Below are positions 48,399-57,813 of a stretch of 64,000 nucleotides of DNA, piece after piece. The stretch lies in sequence record OZ196593.1. One strand, 5' to 3'. The translations under genes were made by a program, and so were the position numbers. The number at the start of each line of letters is the position of its first letter. Position 1 is the first letter of the stretch. The notes beneath the pieces were generated by a model. That model made no database searches, had not been told where the DNA came from, and was given only the letters and a program-made list of their open reading frames with translations.

Positions 48399-48685
48399 GT
48401 TTAGCAGTATATGCAGAAGTAGACACGAACGACGGTGACTACGTTGGTGATTTGAAAGCTCTCACGTCAGAAGAAGTTGAGAGACTTGAAGAACTCGTTC
48501 ATCGCTCAGGCGATAGTCTAGCAAGTTGGACAGAGGGCGAATGTCAAACGCGCTCGAATCATCTAGTATACCCGTGCTTCGACGACGAAGAGCTTGCATT
48601 CATTAGTGAATGTCTTCCGAATCCAGAATACGGCTTTCATACAGTCGAAACAATCAAAATCGTCAACATTCTAAACACGCTATAA
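48395..48685 (+). CDS. Hypothetical protein
   Basis: 96 aa ORF coupled to td. Confidence 0.6.
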   Translation: MSLAVYAEVDTNDGDYVGDLKALTSEEVERLEELVHRSGDSLASWTEGECQTRSNHLVYPCFDDEELAFISECLPNPEYGFHTVETIKIVNILNTL

Positions 48686-48707
48686 GCGTAAACATGAGAA
48701 ACACATT

Positions 48708-48911
48708 ATGAAAAGCACAGTTAATTACTTCGATCTTAAAGTCGGCACTGAAGTTCTAGTCATCAATCGCGTTGACGAGTATGACGGTGAGAAACTACCA
48801 CTTGCATATAGCGAGTGCGTAGCGAAAGACGACTATCGCATTCAGAACGGTGAGCCGCTAACAAACGGTAAGATTCACTACATGTACGACTTTGAACTGA
48901 GTGGTGAATAG
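48708..48911 (+). CDS. Hypothetical protein
   Basis: 67 aa ORF with GAGAAACACATTATG leader. Confidence 0.55.
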   Translation: MKSTVNYFDLKVGTEVLVINRVDEYDGEKLPLAYSECVAKDDYRIQNGEPLTNGKIHYMYDFELSGE

Positions 48912-49115
48912 ATGACCGGTAAGTTCTTCGATGCACTTGTCGTTGGTATCTTGCTAATTGTCGCGCTAACTGCACTCAGTGGGTTGCTCGGCATTGGTCT
49001 AATCGCGTTTGGTATCTTTCTAGTGTCAATTGGCTGGATGTATACGGGTGCCTTTCTGTCAATCGTGGGAGTTTTCTTACTTCTATTGATGGTGCTATTA
49101 CGGCAAGATCTGTAA
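48912..49115 (+). CDS. Small membrane protein
   Basis: Almost entirely hydrophobic, 2 predicted TM helices. Confidence 0.6.
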   Translation: MTGKFFDALVVGILLIVALTALSGLLGIGLIAFGIFLVSIGWMYTGAFLSIVGVFLLLLMVLLRQDL

Positions 49116-49133
49116 AAACGAAAATAATTGAAA

Positions 49134-49170
49134 AAAAGGGTTGCTTCGGCAGCCCTTTTCGCGTTATATT
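49134..49170 (+). promoter_or_regulatory. Terminator hairpin with embedded early promoter
   Basis: AAAAGGGTTGC-TTCG-GCAGCCCTTTT; TTGCTT 49141, TATATT 49165. Confidence 0.7.
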
Positions 49171-49213
49171 AGCTCTATCGCAACGACGCGACCAAAAACA
49201 AAGAGAGAACATT

Positions 49214-49540
49214 ATGACTGACCTAACTAAATTCGACATCACATTCGCAACTCTTAAAGTAGTTTACTCTGACGTTGACCACCAGAAAGTAGCAATGCGC
49301 CTTGAAGATGGTACTATCTTAATGCACGACACGCTGTTCACTGACCTAAAAGGTACTTACTGCGTTACTAGCACTCTTCCAAGCACTAAGCGCGAAATGA
49401 AGTGCCAGTGGGCAGGTCACGAATCAGCTAAACTAATCGACGCTATCAACGCTCAAGGTACTGTAAATCTACACTACTGGAATCAAGCTGACGAAGCAGA
49501 TTACGAGCTTTTCCAACTAATCCCAGCATTCGAGGGTTAA
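49214..49540 (+). CDS. Early hypothetical protein
   Basis: 108 aa ORF with conserved leader. Confidence 0.7.
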   Translation: MTDLTKFDITFATLKVVYSDVDHQKVAMRLEDGTILMHDTLFTDLKGTYCVTSTLPSTKREMKCQWAGHESAKLIDAINAQGTVNLHYWNQADEADYELFQLIPAFEG

Positions 49541-49542
49541 TC

Positions 49543-49935
49543 ATGAGCGTAATCTTCTGGGAAATGAAAATCGAGAAACTGGCGCACATGGTGCGTCAAG
49601 TTCGAAATCTTGGCGAGTTCGCTTCGATGTCAAACGGTACGATGTCTCTCAGCACGTCTCTAACGCGTTCTACGCTCAATCGCGAAGTTAAGCATGAATG
49701 TGCTGACTACAACGACAAAGACGCTGACACTGACTTACAGCTCGATCAGCTAGTGTATTTGGGTCTGCGTGAGCGTGCTTACGAATACAAATGTACTTTG
49801 ATGCGTCGCAACAACGAAATTTCACTTGACGATAAGCGTAAACTATGCGATTTTATTCGTTCAGCGTTTGACATCAAAGCGCACACCGACGAAGAATGGT
49901 CTGACGTACTACAACAATTCAATATCGAGGAATAA
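49543..49935 (+). CDS. Hypothetical protein
   Basis: 130 aa ORF. Confidence 0.65.
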   Translation: MSVIFWEMKIEKLAHMVRQVRNLGEFASMSNGTMSLSTSLTRSTLNREVKHECADYNDKDADTDLQLDQLVYLGLRERAYEYKCTLMRRNNEISLDDKRKLCDFIRSAFDIKAHTDEEWSDVLQQFNIEE

Positions 49936-49938
49936 ATT

Positions 49939-50655
49939 ATGTCTAGCTTCAACACCAAAAAAGCAGAATGTGAAAAACGCGGTATCGCTTTCAACTTCAC
50001 GAAAGATCAGTGGAACGAGCTGCAAGCTATGAAGAGTGGCGGCAAATGTGCTTACACTGGTCAGGGTTTTCAAACGAAAGGTAAACTTCTAGCGACTGTT
50101 GAACGCATCGACGAGAACAAGCCGTACGAGCCAACGAACTGTGTTCTAGTAACTTCACATGCAAATGGTGTGAAATCTCGTTACATTGAACAGAAGCAAT
50201 CACAAGCGTCAATCACACCAGAAGACAAACACACGCTTAAAACGATTAAGAACGCTCTTTCCGATACAAAAGGCATGGAGACGAAGCTGCAAACTTATTT
50301 GAATGCGTACTCTGGCGATGTTACTGCGACTGACAGTGGTCTGTGTGACTTAGACGTTACTGAGCTTTACGTGGACTATGCACGCAAAGCAATGCGTACG
50401 GGTAAAGGGTTTGACATCACCATCAACGATTTCAAGCGCACATTGTCACGCAAACGTTGTGAAGTGAGCAAGATCTTGCTACCGAACATGAAACAACGTG
50501 TGATTCGTGTAATCGATGAAGACAAACCAGTGTCGAGAGACAATATCCAAGTAACATCACAGCAAGTAAGCGACATCATCGATTCAATCTTGGCATTGAA
50601 CATGACTACTGCGCAGAAGAAAGCAATGATCGCAAACATGGGAGAAGCGAAATGA
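49939..50655 (+). CDS. srd: Srd-like protein
   Basis: KRGIAFNF..KCAYTG..TVERIDENKPYEPTNCVLV resembles T4 Srd KDFNL..VCAYSG..SLERFDNNVGYIKGNVIAV. Confidence 0.7.
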   Translation: MSSFNTKKAECEKRGIAFNFTKDQWNELQAMKSGGKCAYTGQGFQTKGKLLATVERIDENKPYEPTNCVLVTSHANGVKSRYIEQKQSQASITPEDKHTLKTIKNALSDTKGMETKLQTYLNAYSGDVTATDSGLCDLDVTELYVDYARKAMRTGKGFDITINDFKRTLSRKRCEVSKILLPNMKQRVIRVIDEDKPVSRDNIQVTSQQVSDIIDSILALNMTTAQKKAMIANMGEAK

Positions 50656-50909
50656 GCACATTGTTAAACATGGGAAAAGGCGTTTACACTGTAGTAAACG
50701 TCAGCGGTATCCCGCTCGTTATTGACCACGAAATCGAGTATGTGACTGTTGATAAGAATGGTGAAGTGCATGGTTGGTCAGAAGCGCGTCCGTATTACGA
50801 CGAAGACGACCAAACTTGGTCGACGTTCGAGCTGTATGGCGACAAATGGCATTTAGCTACAATCACTGACCCACAAGACTGTGGTGAACTAATCGAGGTG
50901 TACCCGTGA
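50652..50909 (+). CDS. Hypothetical protein
   Basis: 85 aa ORF. Confidence 0.6.
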   Translation: MSTLLNMGKGVYTVVNVSGIPLVIDHEIEYVTVDKNGEVHGWSEARPYYDEDDQTWSTFELYGDKWHLATITDPQDCGELIEVYP

Positions 50910-51262
50910 CCCCAACTAAGCAAGAAATTTTAGAACTGATTCAGCGTGAATATACGAGTCGTGACGAATACGACCCGAAATTCACAATGGGTTTCTTTGT
51001 AATTCCGATGATTCGCATCAAAGCCGACATGAAGAATTGCATAGCAGCGATGACAGCACAAGTGCTCGAAACGGTGCAGCAAATGACTGGCATGACACCC
51101 GAAGAGACTGCATACTGGTTTTATAACCACGCAGAAACGAAGCAGTTCGCGGGTGAGACTCATGACACAGTTGATGGTGATATGGTTGCATATTACTTTG
51201 GTGTGCATGTTCCTTATAACTTGCACAAAGACTACGACCCAAAATTCGAGACGATTCACTAA
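50906..51262 (+). CDS. Hypothetical protein (paralogue of next)
   Basis: 118 aa ORF. Confidence 0.6.
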   Translation: MTPTKQEILELIQREYTSRDEYDPKFTMGFFVIPMIRIKADMKNCIAAMTAQVLETVQQMTGMTPEETAYWFYNHAETKQFAGETHDTVDGDMVAYYFGVHVPYNLHKDYDPKFETIH

Positions 51263-51615
51263 TGAATATGCAATTACACATGCAGCGCCTAGCGCGTGAA
51301 TATCGCAATAGCGACAAGAACATCCCTGGTATGCATCTTGATATCTTCGCGATTCCAGACGATGATGGTGGTATCGACCACACTTACGTTCAGCGTGTCA
51401 TTGATCTTGTTGTTGAAGAGATCATGAAGTACACTGGTTGGAATCGAACTGAAGCACGTGAATGGTTTCGCGATTCAGATATCGACACATGGTTCGGTGA
51501 ATCGTTTGAATTCGATTATGAGTTGCAGCACACGTTTTATGTGCGCTACGATTTGCCATCTAAACTTAAAGAATACCAACAAGGTATGAAAACAACAATG
51601 GAAGTAAAATATTGA
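51262..51615 (+). CDS. Hypothetical protein (paralogue of previous)
   Basis: 117 aa ORF. Confidence 0.6.
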   Translation: MNMQLHMQRLAREYRNSDKNIPGMHLDIFAIPDDDGGIDHTYVQRVIDLVVEEIMKYTGWNRTEAREWFRDSDIDTWFGESFEFDYELQHTFYVRYDLPSKLKEYQQGMKTTMEVKY

Positions 51616-52385
51616 GAATTTTTATCTTTAGCGGTGCGGGGCTTGATGCTGAATCTGGCATTAGCACGTTCCGAGACGCAAACGGGTTGTGGGAAAATCA
51701 CGACATCATGGAAGTTTGCAACATTCGCACATTCGCGAACAACTACGATACGACGCATCGTTTCTACAATCAGCGACGCGTAGATCTAGCGAACGTTGAG
51801 CCGAATTCTGCTCACTTCAAGATCGCAGAGCTATGCAAGAAATTCGACGTGGACAACTACACTGCGAACGTATCTGACTTGCTTGAGCGTGCGGGCTGTG
51901 AAGACGTGAAGCACATTCATGGGTTCTTACCCGAAATCGTGCTTGATTACGGCAGTCCAGAGCCAGAGATCGTGAATATCGGTTATACTGAGCATAAACT
52001 ACGCAAAGGTCGCAAAGACAAGCCGAACGTTGTTTTCTTTGGCGAAGGCGCACCTATGTATACTCAGTTCTGGGGCGACATTGACACGCTATTGCCAACT
52101 GACATCGTGATCATTGTCGGTAGTACGCTTGAGATCAACCCGATTCATTGGGATATTCCCTCGACTGGTGCGAAATTCATCTTAATCAACCCAACTGGTA
52201 TAGATACTGAAAAGCACACTGCACTAAACGAAGCGATTCGTATGTGTGACGTGTTCATTCAGAAACCTGCCACAGAGGCGTTCGATGAAATTGACCAACA
52301 TATTAATGAGCATATTGATCTTCATTACCCAGATGGTTTACCTGATCGTTTTATCCGTGATCGTAGTGGGTACTTCGACTACTAG
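51612..52385 (+). CDS. sir2: Sir2/CobB-family NAD-dependent deacylase
   Basis: FSGAGLDAESGISTFRDANGLW, TANVSDLLERAG, HIHG, KPNVVFFGE, VGSTL. Confidence 0.92.
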   Translation: MRIFIFSGAGLDAESGISTFRDANGLWENHDIMEVCNIRTFANNYDTTHRFYNQRRVDLANVEPNSAHFKIAELCKKFDVDNYTANVSDLLERAGCEDVKHIHGFLPEIVLDYGSPEPEIVNIGYTEHKLRKGRKDKPNVVFFGEGAPMYTQFWGDIDTLLPTDIVIIVGSTLEINPIHWDIPSTGAKFILINPTGIDTEKHTALNEAIRMCDVFIQKPATEAFDEIDQHINEHIDLHYPDGLPDRFIRDRSGYFDY

Positions 52386-52508
52386 TGCTTTCTTACTGAT
52401 AAGTGCATTTTTACTGTTTCTAGATAAGATGTATATTATGTCGCTACTGTGTTGTATAGTAGCGGCATTGTTATTGATAATCTATGTGAAAATTAGTGAG
52501 GTAAATTA

Positions 52509-54341
52509 ATGGATTTGACTAAATTCGGCGCATCGGAAGAACCTGAAGCAAAAGACAACTTTCAGATTGTAACTGATAAAGAACACGTACTCATGCGACC
52601 GGGCATGTATGTGGGTTCAGTTGATAAAGAAGCGCACAGTCGATTCGTGTCTGGTGAATATCGCTCGATTGAATACGTACCTGGGTTGGTGAAAATCATC
52701 AACGAAGTAATCGATAACTGTATCGATGAAGCGATTCGTACCGAGTTCAAGTTCGCGAATCTCGTTGAAGTTAAAATCGATGGCAATCGCGTAATCGTTG
52801 CTGATAACGGTCGCGGTATTCCGCAACATGAAGTCACAGACCCGCATGGCAAAAAGCTGCTTCAACCAGAAGCTGCATGGACACGCACAAAAGCAGGTAG
52901 TAACTTCTCAGATGATCGTACGACTGTGGGTATGAATGGCGTTGGTGCTGCACTGACAAACTTCTTCAGTCATTCGTTCAAAGGCGTTACATGTGACGGT
53001 AAGAACACAGTACACGTGACTTGCTCAAACAACGCTGACCGAATCTTTGTTCGCAAAGTGAAAGGCGGCAAGCAAGGTACTTCTGTTGAGTTCATCCCCG
53101 ACTTCAATCGATTCGGTGTGTTTGGCATTTCACCAGAAGATGTGTCAATCATCAAAGACCGTATTGAATCGCTGTCAGTCGCGTATCCGGAGATCACGTT
53201 CAAGTTCAACGGCAAGAAACTGAGTCCGACACTGAAACAATATGCAAAGCAGTTCAATACTGAAGTTGCGTTCGAGTTTGAAGATGTCGCGTGCTTCATT
53301 GCGAAGTCACCGGCTGAAGAGTTCAAGCAGAACAGTTTCGTGAATGGTGTTCAGACAGTAAATGGCGGTACACACGTTGATTACTTTATGAACAAGCTTG
53401 CAGACGAAATCATTCCGATGGTTAAGCGCAAGCACAAAGTCGCTGTTCCGAAGCCGCAACTGAAGAACGGCTTGACGTGTGGCTTGTTCATTCGTGGGTT
53501 TGTTGACCCGAAGTTCGATAGTCAGACTAAAGAGCGTCTAACGTCAGCACAGAGCGCAGTGTCACCGTACTTGAAAGATCTTGACTACGATAAGATTGCC
53601 AAGAAAGTGTTAGCTGATGACGATATCGTATTGCCGATTATCGAAGCACTGATCGCGAAGCAGAACGCAGCGGAAGCGCGTGAATTAGCAAAGCAGCAAA
53701 AGAAAGCAGCTAATGCGAAAGTAGCTGATCACATCAAAGCATCCCAACCCGGTGGAACGTTGTTCTTGACGGAAGGTAAGTCAGCGATTGGTTATCTACT
53801 GAAAGTACGTGATAGCAAGCTTCACGGTGGTATGCCGTTACGCGGTAAGGTACTGAGCACGTGGGGCAAGAAGCCCGCAGCAATCATGGCTAACAAAGAG
53901 CTACGCGATATCATGAATGTGTTGAACATCCGTCTAGGCGATGATAACATACGTGATATGTACTACAAAGATATCGGTATTCTAGTTGATGCTGATGTCG
54001 ATGGTAAAGGCAGTATCTTCCCGTTGCTACTTGCATTCTTCTATCAGTGGCCCGAGCTGTATAAGCAGCGTCGAATCAAATTCGTTCGTACGCCAGTGGT
54101 AATTGCTGCAAAAGGCAAAGAAGTTAAGTGGTTCTACACGATTGACGACTATCGTCGTGCTAAATTGACGAAAACATGGAAGATTCGATACATCAAAGGG
54201 CTTGGTTCACTCACTGAGAAAGAATACAAGCGCGTAATCAATGAACCAGTGTATGACGAAATCGTAATCGATGACCCTAGTTGCTTCGAATTGCTGTTCG
54301 GTGATGACACTGATAAACGTAAGGAATGGATGACTGGATGA
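52509..54341 (+). CDS. gp39: DNA topoisomerase II large subunit (fused 39+60)
   Basis: RPGMYVGS, DNGRGIP, GMNGVGA, TEGKSA, PLRGKVL, DADVDG, YIKGLGS in one ORF. Confidence 0.96.
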   Translation: MDLTKFGASEEPEAKDNFQIVTDKEHVLMRPGMYVGSVDKEAHSRFVSGEYRSIEYVPGLVKIINEVIDNCIDEAIRTEFKFANLVEVKIDGNRVIVADNGRGIPQHEVTDPHGKKLLQPEAAWTRTKAGSNFSDDRTTVGMNGVGAALTNFFSHSFKGVTCDGKNTVHVTCSNNADRIFVRKVKGGKQGTSVEFIPDFNRFGVFGISPEDVSIIKDRIESLSVAYPEITFKFNGKKLSPTLKQYAKQFNTEVAFEFEDVACFIAKSPAEEFKQNSFVNGVQTVNGGTHVDYFMNKLADEIIPMVKRKHKVAVPKPQLKNGLTCGLFIRGFVDPKFDSQTKERLTSAQSAVSPYLKDLDYDKIAKKVLADDDIVLPIIEALIAKQNAAEARELAKQQKKAANAKVADHIKASQPGGTLFLTEGKSAIGYLLKVRDSKLHGGMPLRGKVLSTWGKKPAAIMANKELRDIMNVLNIRLGDDNIRDMYYKDIGILVDADVDGKGSIFPLLLAFFYQWPELYKQRRIKFVRTPVVIAAKGKEVKWFYTIDDYRRAKLTKTWKIRYIKGLGSLTEKEYKRVINEPVYDEIVIDDPSCFELLFGDDTDKRKEWMTG

Positions 54342-54568
54342 TTTCAGCAAAAGAAGCAAAAGCTAGATTGAAGACTGAACCTCAAGCTGTCACGGCAGCT
54401 TTAGAGGAGCTTGATTTAGCTGTTCAAATCGCGTCAGCAACGAAGACACGCGTTGACTATCGTACTGACAAACTAACTGAATCAGAGCGCGGGATTCTTC
54501 GTAACAAGCTTATCAGCTTAGGTTACGATGCGTTCATCGCTGGTGAAAAGCTAGAGGTAATGTGGTAA
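54338..54568 (+). CDS. Small hypothetical protein (paralogue family)
   Basis: MISAKEAKAR...LGYDA...LEVMW. Confidence 0.6.
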   Translation: MISAKEAKARLKTEPQAVTAALEELDLAVQIASATKTRVDYRTDKLTESERGILRNKLISLGYDAFIAGEKLEVMW

Positions 54569-54777
54569 TGAGAGAAGTCTTAGATAGCTATACCAAGGTG
54601 TGTGCTGATTATCGCATCGACCTGAACGAAATTTCTGTATCACAATCCGATTACTATATCGTGCAACTGTATGCGATTCTAGTTACACTCGGGTTCGCAG
54701 TCGAGACAATCATTTTCTGGTTGTTCGTTGCAATCGTGTATGCACCAATCGCGCTAATTGGCGGGTGGGTTAAATAA
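54562..54777 (+). CDS. Small membrane protein
   Basis: Hydrophobic C-half. Confidence 0.55.
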   Translation: MVMREVLDSYTKVCADYRIDLNEISVSQSDYYIVQLYAILVTLGFAVETIIFWLFVAIVYAPIALIGGWVK

Positions 54778-54786
54778 GAGACGGAG

Positions 54787-55065
54787 GTGGCAATTATGCT
54801 CAAGTCTTTTATAGAACACGATAGATTCACAGAAATGACGTACCAAGAGTTGCGTGATCTCACGATCAATGAGATTCACGCACTCGTTCGAAAGCTGAAG
54901 AAACAGCTTCCGAAGAAGTACAAAGATATTATCGACGAAATCGAAGTCGATATGTATGAAGATCTTATCGCGGAAATCGCTTATAACGGTGGTTTGCGAG
55001 GTAAGAAATTCACAAACATGGCAATTCCTAAGAAAATCTTAGACAGGTATGCCGATTATTACTAA
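54787..55065 (+). CDS. Hypothetical protein
   Basis: 92 aa ORF; ATG alternative at 54796. Confidence 0.6.
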   Translation: MAIMLKSFIEHDRFTEMTYQELRDLTINEIHALVRKLKKQLPKKYKDIIDEIEVDMYEDLIAEIAYNGGLRGKKFTNMAIPKKILDRYADYY

Positions 55066-55079
55066 GTGAGAACCATATT

Positions 55080-55484
55080 ATGTATGATGCTGCATCAATG
55101 AGAGCACGTTTTCAACCAAAAGAAGACAAGACGATAACCGAAGCACGTGAACTGTTGCAAAGCCACTTGTACGATACGATGCAATTGGTCGAATCAGTAA
55201 GTCATGACTCGCTTGAACTCAAATACGCGCTCCCTGCGTTTCTGTACGAGGCGTATTCAGAAGAGTTGCGCAATCTTGGTTACAACGTGTATGTGATCAA
55301 AGATACGATTGTGACCAACCCGCATCCGATTGATTTTCGAGCACCTGCTTTCCCTCGTCCGGGTTTTATCGACGTGCGATGTGTAGACGAAAAAGAAGCG
55401 ATGACTCACGTTAACACGATCATGAAGCTACATGGTATCAAACAGACAATTGCTTTAGAAATCAACTGGAGACGCAAATCATGA
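55080..55484 (+). CDS. Hypothetical protein (paralogue family)
   Basis: MYDAASMRAR...LGYNV...LEINW. Confidence 0.6.
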   Translation: MYDAASMRARFQPKEDKTITEARELLQSHLYDTMQLVESVSHDSLELKYALPAFLYEAYSEELRNLGYNVYVIKDTIVTNPHPIDFRAPAFPRPGFIDVRCVDEKEAMTHVNTIMKLHGIKQTIALEINWRRKS

Positions 55485-55741
55485 TTGATGCAGCAAAAGC
55501 ACGCGCAGACGCAATTCGCGCCCTAGAGAAACAGATTGATGCTGAAGATCTAGACTGGATCGACGACGAAATTCGAGCAGCATCGAAAGCAGGGCGCTTT
55601 TTCATAAACGTACACCTAGCTGATCAGCTACCAAACACTTCAGGCAATCGTCATTTGCGAAATCTGCTTGAGTATTTGAAGCTGAAAGGTTACAACGCGT
55701 ATTACGTCGGTACTAACTTGGAGATTAAATGGCAGATTTAA
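55481..55741 (+). CDS. Hypothetical protein (paralogue family)
   Basis: MIDAAKARA...KGYNA...LEIKW. Confidence 0.6.
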   Translation: MIDAAKARADAIRALEKQIDAEDLDWIDDEIRAASKAGRFFINVHLADQLPNTSGNRHLRNLLEYLKLKGYNAYYVGTNLEIKWQI

Positions 55742-56457
55742 AGGTTTACTATTGTAGCGACGTTCACAATGACTATCACACTGAGAACGCGCTAGAACGC
55801 ATCACGGGCGACAAAACGGCTGTACTGGTAGTAGCGGGCGACATTAACAGCAAAGGGCGTACAGTGCGCGATTTAGAAGCTGTAGCCGACCGTTGGCGTG
55901 CAGTCATCGCAGTACCTGGCAATCACGACTGGTGGGGTTTAGCTCTTCATGAGCGACATAAATTCGATTCAGAGGTTGACAATGTACACGTATTGCTTGA
56001 AAATACAGTTCAGATAGACGACGTTACATTCTGTGGCACTACACTATGGCACGCTATTCCAGATTGGTTTGCGGGTCAGAAGTGGAAAGACACTATGAAT
56101 GACCGCAAGAAGATTCGTGGTCGCAATTATTCGCGCCTTTACGGTGAAGAAATTCACTCAACGCATCTTGATTGTGTCAAGTTCATAACAGATTGTACGA
56201 AAATATCAGGTAAGAAAGTGCTGATCACGCATCACGCGATGTCGCCTCAGTCAATTTCAACCGAGTATGCGGGTTCGTCTACTAATATTTTTTACTACAC
56301 GCCATTAGAGCATTTGTTGAAGCATTTCAACTACCACATTCATGGTCATATACATCAAGAAAAAGATTATATGGTTGGTTTGTGTAACGTTGTATGTAAT
56401 CCGCGAGCCTATGGTACTGAAAATGATGAATACGGAATAAGGATTCTGGACATATGA
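55729..56457 (+). CDS. Calcineurin-like metallophosphoesterase
   Basis: SDVH, AGDI, PGNHD, ITHH, HGHIH, CNPRAY. Confidence 0.9.
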   Translation: MADLKVYYCSDVHNDYHTENALERITGDKTAVLVVAGDINSKGRTVRDLEAVADRWRAVIAVPGNHDWWGLALHERHKFDSEVDNVHVLLENTVQIDDVTFCGTTLWHAIPDWFAGQKWKDTMNDRKKIRGRNYSRLYGEEIHSTHLDCVKFITDCTKISGKKVLITHHAMSPQSISTEYAGSSTNIFYYTPLEHLLKHFNYHIHGHIHQEKDYMVGLCNVVCNPRAYGTENDEYGIRILDI

Positions 56458-56663
56458 TGATTTTACTTTACATCCTATTGGGCTTTCTACTAACTGCACT
56501 CGTTGGTGACACTGTGCGCAGTCGTTACGTACTACAAGCAGAAACGATGGGCAAGACGCCACTACCGATGAATTTCTTCATCATCACGTGTGTTTTGATT
56601 CTGCCGATCTGTCTATTGCTGCTTGGCATCAAGAAAGTGCTACAATTCTTCAAATTTATGTAG
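56454..56663 (+). CDS. Small membrane protein
   Basis: Two hydrophobic segments. Confidence 0.55.
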   Translation: MMILLYILLGFLLTALVGDTVRSRYVLQAETMGKTPLPMNFFIITCVLILPICLLLLGIKKVLQFFKFM

Positions 56664-56705
56664 TTTAAATACGTGCGTCTAATAATAAAACTTAAAAGGT
56701 AAAAT

Positions 56706-56951
56706 ATGACGCACGATTTTAATATGCTCCTTGAGCAGTACAACCTAGCAAACTTTGAATGCGATGGTGACTTCGAGGACTATTACTGGTCAGTAGCCGA
56801 ATGGATCGGTCAAACGATTTTCAGTCACGGTACGCTTCGAAAAACTGACTTTCTTGAACTATTGTGTGATTTGCTTGAAATCACTGAAGATGAAATCAAC
56901 GTCGATGAAGTCGATGATTTCTTGAACGAAGTATATGAACTAAACGAATAG
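56706..56951 (+). CDS. Acidic hypothetical protein
   Basis: 81 aa ORF with AAGGT SD. Confidence 0.6.
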   Translation: MTHDFNMLLEQYNLANFECDGDFEDYYWSVAEWIGQTIFSHGTLRKTDFLELLCDLLEITEDEINVDEVDDFLNEVYELNE

Positions 56952-57018
56952 GTGACATATGAAAAAGTATCATCGTAAGGAGCTATTTCACTGAGTAATT
57001 TAACTTGGAGAAATAGCA

Positions 57019-57531
57019 ATGACAGAAACAAAACTGTACAAAGGCGTTAAGAAGAAAGATTTGCCAGTATTCACTCAAGCAACGAATGGGTACAAGCACA
57101 TCTACAAGCTTGACGATGCACGATGGGTTCCAGAATGGGCGCGAACTTATGTTCAATATCGCCAATGGTACGACTGGTGCAATATCGGGGTTGGCTTTTA
57201 CATTTCAAAAGAAGCAAACTCACGCCTTAATCTAATGCGCAACTCTGAATATCTAGCGCGTTACAAAGGTGCATACGTGTACCGTTACACTCCGCTACCA
57301 AACGGTGGTGGTTGGAAAAACTCGATTCATTCAGTGCGTGCAAAAGGCGCAATGACTGAACACAAGCATGACGAAATGTGCAAAGCTGAACTTGAGGCTG
57401 AATACGGTCGCATTGTTCGACACAAACGCGCATACGTTACCAAAATGAATGCAACTGACTGGGATCATCCCTACGGTTACAATTCACAACGTGGCTGGAA
57501 GCGTTCTAAAAAACGCAAACAGTGGATGTAA
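57019..57531 (+). CDS. Hypothetical protein
   Basis: 170 aa, basic; ends RGWKRSKKRKQWM. Confidence 0.65.
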   Translation: MTETKLYKGVKKKDLPVFTQATNGYKHIYKLDDARWVPEWARTYVQYRQWYDWCNIGVGFYISKEANSRLNLMRNSEYLARYKGAYVYRYTPLPNGGGWKNSIHSVRAKGAMTEHKHDEMCKAELEAEYGRIVRHKRAYVTKMNATDWDHPYGYNSQRGWKRSKKRKQWM

Positions 57532-57533
57532 TA

Positions 57534-57568
57534 AAAGGGTTGCATTGTGCAGCCCTTTTTAGTATCAT
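57534..57568 (+). promoter_or_regulatory. Terminator hairpin with embedded promoter
   Basis: AAAAGGGTTGCA-TTG-TGCAGCCCTTTTT; TTGCAT-N17-TATCAT. Confidence 0.7.
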
Positions 57569-57592
57569 GAGCATTCAATTCAAGGAGTGCTT

Positions 57593-57805
57593 ATGTCTAT
57601 TTTATTAACTGCGCTTGGCGCAACTCTGGGTGTTATCGTGATTGTGTTATCTGCATACCCGTTATGTCGAACACTCGACAACATTTTTGAAGATCGTTTT
57701 AGTAGTGATGCAGCGGCAATGACATGCTTTGTGCTTGCACTTTCTATTTTCATCTTCGCCTTTATGCTAGTCGTTTTGGCTGGTGCAGAATACTTTCCAT
57801 TGTGA
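57593..57805 (+). CDS. Small membrane protein
   Basis: Two hydrophobic helices. Confidence 0.55.
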   Translation: MSILLTALGATLGVIVIVLSAYPLCRTLDNIFEDRFSSDAAAMTCFVLALSIFIFAFMLVVLAGAEYFPL

Positions 57806-57813
57806 GGAATACT

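Noticed and set aside
52390-52509. Hydrophobic short ORF before topoisomerase
   Set aside because: The region is AT-rich with a promoter-like TTTACT...TATTAT and no clear SD. Coding status could not be supported.
52509-54341. Gene 60 translational bypass or split topoisomerase
   Set aside because: The 39 and 60 domains are fused in one uninterrupted frame.
40321-56457. Two metallophosphoesterases as an anti-CBASS system
   Set aside because: Calcineurin-like phosphoesterases are common in T4-like phages. No Acb1-type HxT motifs or supporting context were seen, so a specific anti-defence claim is unsupported.
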